Shown: positions 58,901 to 64,000 of the stretch, one piece after another
Layout of the letters: each line of letters opens with the position of its first letter
How positions within the stretch are numbered: position 1 is the stretch's first letter
NCBI GenBank assembly: GCA_963812135.1
Contig: CAWETU010000001.1
Location: 1,216,001-1,280,000, forward strand
Direction: 5' to 3'
Origin: Vulcanimicrobiota bacterium
GTDB taxonomy: Bacteria; Vulcanimicrobiota; Vulcanimicrobiia; Eremiobacterales; Eremiobacteraceae
Length of the DNA stretch: 64,000 nt
Position numbers and translations under genes: made by a program
Notes under the pieces: generated by a model
What the model saw: the letters and a program-made list of their open reading frames with translations, nothing else
What the model was told of the DNA's origin: nothing
Databases searched by the model: none

Positions 58901-59271
58901 AGAACGGCATCCTGCTCGTTGACTACGCCAATACGCTGCATGCGCGCGGCCTCTCACTGCTCGATGCCGTGAAGGAATCCGCGATCGTGCGATTCCGTCC
59001 GATCATGATGACGACGGCAGCCATGATCGTCGGCATGGCGCCGCTCGCGCTCGGATTCACCGAGGGCGCAGAGTTCCGCAAGTCGATGGGCACCGTGATC
59101 ATCGGCGGGTTGACGAGCTCGCTGCTGCTGACGCTCTTCCTGGTCCCGGTGATGTACGTGGTGATCGTGGGCGCGGCGGAGCGATATGCGCAGCGCCGCC
59201 TTTCGCGCCGGCTCGTGCTCGCCGCCGACGAGGACGAAGCGGTCGGCTCGACGATCCCAAACCCGTCCTGA
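55966..59271 (+). CDS. RND efflux permease (AcrB family), tandem paralogue
   Basis: Same motifs; collinear with 52636..55884 apart from an extra hydrophobic insert. Confidence 0.93.
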   Translation: MWLTRFAIRQPTIITLFFLAVALFGVIGFFQMGVNVNPPVTFPAVAVFASYPGASPQEIERLVVRPIEDQLQNVRHVEKIFARSQEGSGTIFVQLKLGTSVDFAATDVQQAVDAARINLPTDLDPPIVTKEDPNAQPILTEYLTSTKLSPVELSNLAENEIIPALKGVHGVGFVNVSGEFIRQVNINPDLARLQMLGATPLDVVNSVGQGNVSMPGGRLDEAFREATVGVRADITDPAQIAQLPLVVPNASPNQIKISDVANVVDTYQDHRLSSDVNGQPAIVLNVAHDSDADTQRTTQAIRSEFKLLAAKYPDARFNELSADEDFLHEAVDGVMSNLFEGVLLTALVLLLFLHVLRSAVVVMIAIPTSILATFLVMWMLGFSIDLLSLMGLSLTIGILVDDSIVVIENITRHREMGKPAEEAAITGRTEIGNAAIAITLVDVVVFAPIAFMGGIVGQFLREYGLVIVTATLFSLLVSFTLTPLLSAHWALARKPKQTVLSGRAITITLAIVGAISLLGILARIGGVIGDPLLVALLMLTGGTAFLVLVYNQFNDWFDNLRRWYHDKLLPIALRHPYAVGFGCFALVIASVVIGFIVVPTEFQPDTEYGSASASITYPVGTPIGVTTAGAERIATELRKRDDIREVVVNVGADTNDVTGGYVANVQVNLKPDRRHDQHLVVDQMRHMGYLVPGAYINAGGEGGAQMIYTLLGNPDQLYPAADKLVAYIKKIPNTIDVVATSEIVGPRLEIDIDRAKAAALGVSPQAAAMTARAAVGGVIATKLRMTEGLVNAIVQLPPGTRNDYRNLTYVPVRAQDGVTLVPLADVATFRWVTEPPTLRRQDRQRIVRVFADPVAGAPIGPIDNKVQEALRQPGFLPSGVQVQTEGDTQFLGDTITKIFIALGTSFVLIYMLLVILYRSYLEPFIIMLSIPVALIGAFGILTVSNVIHMVLPDLRWFAGQTLNIFSMLGIVMLMGLVAKNGILLVDYANTLHARGLSLLDAVKESAIVRFRPIMMTTAAMIVGMAPLALGFTEGAEFRKSMGTVIIGGLTSSLLLTLFLVPVMYVVIVGAAERYAQRRLSRRLVLAADEDEAVGSTIPNPS

Positions 59272-59324
59272 GCGTGTAAGCGCGGTCACGAAGCAGGCCC
59301 GCGCCAGTTGCCGAAGACTAAAAG

Positions 59325-60347
59325 GTGAGCATCTGGCGTTGCGCCCTCCTCTGCCTTACCCTCGCCGCCTGTGGCGGGGCGGGAAGCCCCGGCTCTAGTC
59401 CGGGCTCGGGCCCGCCGGGCATCGTCGTCGGGCCGACGGCGACACCCGCACCCACCGCGACACCAGGTCCGACTCCCACGCCTCCACCCGGCCAGGTCGC
59501 CTCGATCGGCGGTTGCCAGGTCTTTCCATCGGACAATCCGTGGAACCAAGACATCTCGGGCTTGCCGGTCGATCCGAACTCCGCGAACTATCTCGCGCAC
59601 ATGAACGCCGGCACGAAGAACCTGCATCCCGATTTCGGCTCGAACCTGACCTATGGCATTCCGTATGTCACGGTGCGCGGCAAGACGCAGCCATTCGTGG
59701 CGATCAATTTCACGCTGTACGGATCCGAGAGCGATCCCGGCCCGTATCCGGTGCCGTCAAACGCGCCGGTCGAAGGCGGCTCTGGTTCGACGGGCGATCG
59801 TCACGTGCTCGTCGTCGACATCGACAATTGCATCGACTACGAGATGTATTACGCGTTTTATGTCGGGCCGGGGTGGAACGCGGGGTCGGGTGCGATCTGG
59901 CATTTCAACTCAAACGCTTTGCGGCCGTATCACTGGACATCCGCCGACGCTGCGGGTCTGCCCATCGTTGCCGGGCTTGCCCGCTACGACGAGACGGTGC
60001 AGACGGGCGCGATTTATCACGCGCTACGCTTCACGGTGCATCAGACCCAGGAGGGCTTCATCTTACCGGCGACGCACTGGGCGAGCACGTCGACGGATCC
60101 GAACGATCCGCCGATGGGCTTGCGTGTCCGGCTCAAAGCGAGCTACGACATCAGCAAGTTCACCGGCGCGTCGCTCGTCATCTTGAAGGCGCTGAAGAAG
60201 TACGGTATGATGATCGCCGACAATGGTTCGGACTGGTTCATCAGCGGGTCGACCGATGCGCGCTGGGACGACACCGATCTGGATCAGCTCAAGACGGTCC
60301 CCGCGAGCGCTTTCGAAGTGGTCCAAACCGGGTCGATCATACACTAG
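59325..60347 (+). CDS. Conserved hypothetical lipoprotein
   Basis: Lipobox LAAC, Pro/Thr linker, FP.DNPWN.DIS..PVDPNS, GDRHVLV, SADAAGLP, ALKKYGM..ADNG. Confidence 0.8.
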   Translation: MSIWRCALLCLTLAACGGAGSPGSSPGSGPPGIVVGPTATPAPTATPGPTPTPPPGQVASIGGCQVFPSDNPWNQDISGLPVDPNSANYLAHMNAGTKNLHPDFGSNLTYGIPYVTVRGKTQPFVAINFTLYGSESDPGPYPVPSNAPVEGGSGSTGDRHVLVVDIDNCIDYEMYYAFYVGPGWNAGSGAIWHFNSNALRPYHWTSADAAGLPIVAGLARYDETVQTGAIYHALRFTVHQTQEGFILPATHWASTSTDPNDPPMGLRVRLKASYDISKFTGASLVILKALKKYGMMIADNGSDWFISGSTDARWDDTDLDQLKTVPASAFEVVQTGSIIH

Positions 60348-60379
60348 ATCTAGCTTCACTTCTTCGAAGAGAGGTGTGC

Positions 60380-61570
60380 ATGCATAGGTTGCTTGCCACG
60401 CTTGCTGTCGCTTCATTCGGGTTGCTACTCGCAGGCGCAGCCACTCCGGCACCCGTGCCGGCGGCAAGTCCCGCACCAACGCCGACGGCCGCGCCGACGG
60501 CCACCTCTGCACCCACGCCGGCCGGTCCGTCGGCTGGCACCGTGACCGCGGTGGTCGATCCAAGCCTGTTCACGCACGGTCGCAACGTCCTCCACGGCAT
60601 CGCGCGCGATCCGAAGACGGGCAATCTGTATGTCGGCGTTTCGAATTCTCTCGCGCACTGGAATCCTATCACGGGCATGTCGTCCTCGAACGACGATTCG
60701 CTTCGAGTGATCTCATCCTCGGGAAACGTCACCCGGCTGACGAGCTTTCCCTATCCCAACGGCATCTTGATCAACCCGCGTGACGGCATGGTCTACGTGG
60801 CCACGGGCGCGATCCGTTGCAATGAGCAAGTGGGAGGATACACCGTTTCAAGGCATTGTCCAGGGACCAACGGCCTCGTGGCCGTGGATCCGGCAACCGG
60901 AAATCACCACGATTATGTCGGCGCCGGACCTGGCCGCACGGACGCGGTCGGGACGAACGCCCGCTTCACCGCCGTGGCGGAAGTCGCGTTCGATCCGGAC
61001 AACGGCAACATGTATGTCACCGACAACGAGAATCATCTGATCCGCCAAATAGCGCCCGATGCGACTGTCACGACACTCGCCGGAGTTGGGACTCGCAGTA
61101 GCGCAGACGGTGTTGGGCCGGCGGCCGGTTTCAGCGGACCGCGCGGCATCGCGTATTGCGCAAAAGATAAGAGTCTCTACGTCGCAGATCGCGACAACAA
61201 CGAGATCCGCAAGATCACCATGGACGGCACCGTGTCAACGGTCGCCGGCAGCACGAGCGTGGGCTATGTGGATGGTCCCATTGCCAACGCGCGTTTCGAC
61301 CATCCCCAGGGAGTCGCGTGCGATGCGGCTGGCGACATATTCGTCGCCGACACCGATAACAACACGATCCGAGTGATATCGGCAAGCGGTTCGGTCAGCA
61401 CGCTCGCCGGTGCCAAGGCGATGGGTACCGTCAACGGGGTTGGATCAGCGGCACGCTTCGCGAACCCGAGCGACTTGTGGTTCGATCCGAGCGACGGAAG
61501 CCTCTACGTGATCGACGAAGGCGCGAACAACATCCGCAAGGTGACGACGGGCGTCGGGTCTGGGGGCTAG
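60380..61570 (+). CDS. Secreted NHL-repeat protein
   Basis: GAGG RBS, ATG 60380; ARF..P.G.A.D..G..YVAD..N..IR repeats. Confidence 0.88.
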   Translation: MHRLLATLAVASFGLLLAGAATPAPVPAASPAPTPTAAPTATSAPTPAGPSAGTVTAVVDPSLFTHGRNVLHGIARDPKTGNLYVGVSNSLAHWNPITGMSSSNDDSLRVISSSGNVTRLTSFPYPNGILINPRDGMVYVATGAIRCNEQVGGYTVSRHCPGTNGLVAVDPATGNHHDYVGAGPGRTDAVGTNARFTAVAEVAFDPDNGNMYVTDNENHLIRQIAPDATVTTLAGVGTRSSADGVGPAAGFSGPRGIAYCAKDKSLYVADRDNNEIRKITMDGTVSTVAGSTSVGYVDGPIANARFDHPQGVACDAAGDIFVADTDNNTIRVISASGSVSTLAGAKAMGTVNGVGSAARFANPSDLWFDPSDGSLYVIDEGANNIRKVTTGVGSGG

Positions 61571-61590
61571 ATCCTCGGGGTCGGTTGCGC

Positions 61591-64000
61591 CTATGGCTTG
61601 CGCGGCGGGAGTTTCGGCGGCGCGAGATTCGGGCGCCGGTCGAATGTCGGCAGCTTCACCGGATTCTTTTTGAGCGCGTCGAGCACGAGTTCCAGCGCCT
61701 TGTCCATCTGCGGATCCTTGCCGTCACGGTAGTCGTGCGGCGCGACGTCGATGTCGTAGTCCGGATCCGTGCCGTGATTCTCGACCTTCCAGCCGACGTC
61801 AGTGAACCAGAAAGAGAACTCCGGCTGCGTCGTTACCGTGCCATCCACGAGCGGGTGCTGTGGCCAAATGCCGATGACGCCACCCCACGTGCGCTTGCCG
61901 ACCAGCGGGCCGAGTTTGTACAGCTTGAAGCAGTGGCTGAAGATGTCGCCGTCCGATCCCGCGAATTGGTTGGTCAAACCGACCAAGGGTCCGGCGACCG
62001 ATTCGTCAGGATAGGGCCGGGGCAGCCCGTGGCGCGGCACATCGTAGCCGACGCGCTTACGCGAAAGCTTCTCGAGCAGCAAGGCAGAGACGTGGCCACC
62101 GCGGTTGTAGCGCGCGTCGACCACCAACGCTTCGCGGTTGAACTCCGCCAGAAATCCGCGATGGAACTCGGCGAACCCAGCTGGTCCCATGTCGGGGATA
62201 TGCACGTACCCGACGCGTCCGCCCGTGTGCTCGTGCACGAGCCGCCTGTTGCTCTCGACCCAATCGCGATAGCGCAGCGAGCGCTCCTCGCGGAGCGTCT
62301 TGACGATGACACGCCGGCGCACGCCCTCGAGATCGAGCATCGTCAGCGCGACCTCGCGGCCGGCATAATTGACCAGCAATGCTTCGACCGACATGGCACG
62401 GCCCACCGCGTGGCCGCCCACGCCGACGATGATCTCGCCTTCACGGACCCGCAAGCCCGGTTCGGCGAGCGGAGAGTCGGTTTCGCGATTCCACGAATCG
62501 CCGCGCAAGATGCGAACGATCTTGTAGCCGCCGCTGCGTTCGTCAAACACGAGGTCCGCGCCGAGCAAGCCGACTTTGTAGACCGGCGGCCGGCGGTAGT
62601 CGCCGAAATATTCGTACGCATGCGACGTGCCCAGTTCGCCCTGCATCTCCCAAAACAGGTCCGAGAGCTCGCCTCGCGTGCGCACGCGCGGCAGCAGCTT
62701 CGCATAGCGGTCGCGTACAACGCTCCAATCGACCTGCGACATCGCCTCATCCCAGAAATGCTCACGCTGCAAGCGCCACGCCTCGTGATACATCTGCTCC
62801 CATTCGTCGCGCGGTTCGACGAGCACGGACACGCGACCGATGTCGACCCAACCCGATCGGCGGTTGGGCTCCTCGGGGACGGGCGGTCGCGCGTCGCCTT
62901 CGCCCAGTGGTTCAAGCGCATCGATGGCCCGCAGCCGGAAGCCCGAACGGTACACAAGGGTGTGGTGATCCGCGGCCAAGCGGATCTCGCCGACCTGGGC
63001 AGCGATGGTGCCGCTGCGCTGCTCGGTGAAATCGTAGGTCAGCAGCGTGCCGTCGTCGTGCGAATCTTCCTTTAGAAAGGAGTGCCCGAGGCTGCCGCGG
63101 ACAGGGAATTGCGTGAACAGGGCGCGCCCAGGCGCGCCGACGATCTGCTCGTAGCGCCCTTCATCGACAGGGAAGCCGATGATGCGCCCGTTGATCCCCT
63201 CGAAGTCGATGTCGATGTTGGGCGGCGGTTTCGGCGATTCGCTCGGTGCGGCATGGATCTGGTCTACCTGGCTGGCTTCTCGAGCTTCGTCGCATTCTGC
63301 GCGCGCGCCGCGACCGAAGGCCCACGGTCGGATTCACGCCGATGCTCAGGGGCGCGCGATTGCATATCCTTACGAGATTGCGAGTCCTCGTTCCGGGATT
63401 GCATCTCGTCCTCGTGCGGTGCCGGCGTCTTGGGCGCGCCGTTGAAGGCGCGCGCCTTGGGCACGAACGGCGACGCGACGTCGGCGCGCAGCGTCACCAA
63501 GAACGGTCGCATGGCGAATGGGAAGCTCAGGTCGAATTGCAGCGCATCGTAGACCGGGATTGAAGTCGCGCGTCGAGAGGAAATAGAGATACTTGCCGTC
63601 GGGATCCCATGCCGGCGCTCGATCGATGCGCAGCGGCGCGGTGACGTCGCGCGCCGTGCCCTCGCCGACGTCGACCACGCGGATCGTCGATTGATCGCTT
63701 TGCGCCGAATACGCGTACGCGACCCAGCGCCCGTCGGGCGACCACGCGAGATCGCGGACGCGCAATCCAGGGCTGCGATCGACGATGCGGGCCTTTCCCG
63801 TGGCCAGGTCGACGATGACCAGCTCGTGCCGATGGTTGGCGAGCGCGACCACATCTGCGACCGGCGAGACGACCAGCTCAGAGATGCGTCCGAGGTCGCC
63901 CTCGCTGGCAGTCGTCGATTGCTGGCTGTCATCCGCCCAATAGATCTCGAGATGCTCGGTGCCGCCTTCATCCGTCACGGCGACGAAGCGCAAGCCGTCG
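61591..64000 (-). CDS. Tricorn protease (S41 family), 5'-truncated and frameshifted in this assembly
   Basis: Propeller WSPDGRW / WDPDGKYLYF; ELGTSH; GYVHIPDM; DARYNRGG; AGSDGD; GKRTWGG; DPQMDKA; frame breaks near 63557 and 63264-63330. Confidence 0.88.

Noticed and set aside
54265..63075. Long alternative-frame ORFs (54265..55995, 59513..60379 extension, 61477..63075; also 39109..40662)
   Set aside because: Arg-rich shadow ORFs typical of high-GC DNA, overlapping well-supported genes

Overview
GC-rich bacterial window. Cys/Gly-rich TonB-dependent-receptor-like proteins, many NHL proteins and secreted orphans suggest Candidatus Eremiobacterota/Vulcanimicrobiota; this is inference only. Positions 1-24300 are an accessory tract downstream of tRNA-Val(GAC). 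It holds four modular secreted paralogues with a DNRLRE-like C-terminus, two AraC paralogues, a TBDR-like gene, amt and a papain-like protease. It also holds a SARP/BTAD-STAND regulator flanked by two promoters of identical architecture, with a 63-aa partner gene, and a 2.9-kb integrase-free mini-island bounded by a 46-bp tRNA 3' duplication and tandem arm-like repeats. Positions 24.4-64 kb carry a liv-type ABC operon, M48/M15 peptidases, patatin and a DsbA/FrnE gene with an in-frame TGA in a UxxC motif plus a SECIS-like hairpin (probable selenoprotein missed by the ORF track). They also carry tRNA-Val(CAC), a second TBDR and a tricorn protease (both frameshifted, probably sequencing error), an in-frame MFS/acyltransferase pair, three RND permeases with no adaptor gene, and a GTAG-type REP palindrome family at five loci. 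No CRISPR, rRNA, integrase or transposase was seen.
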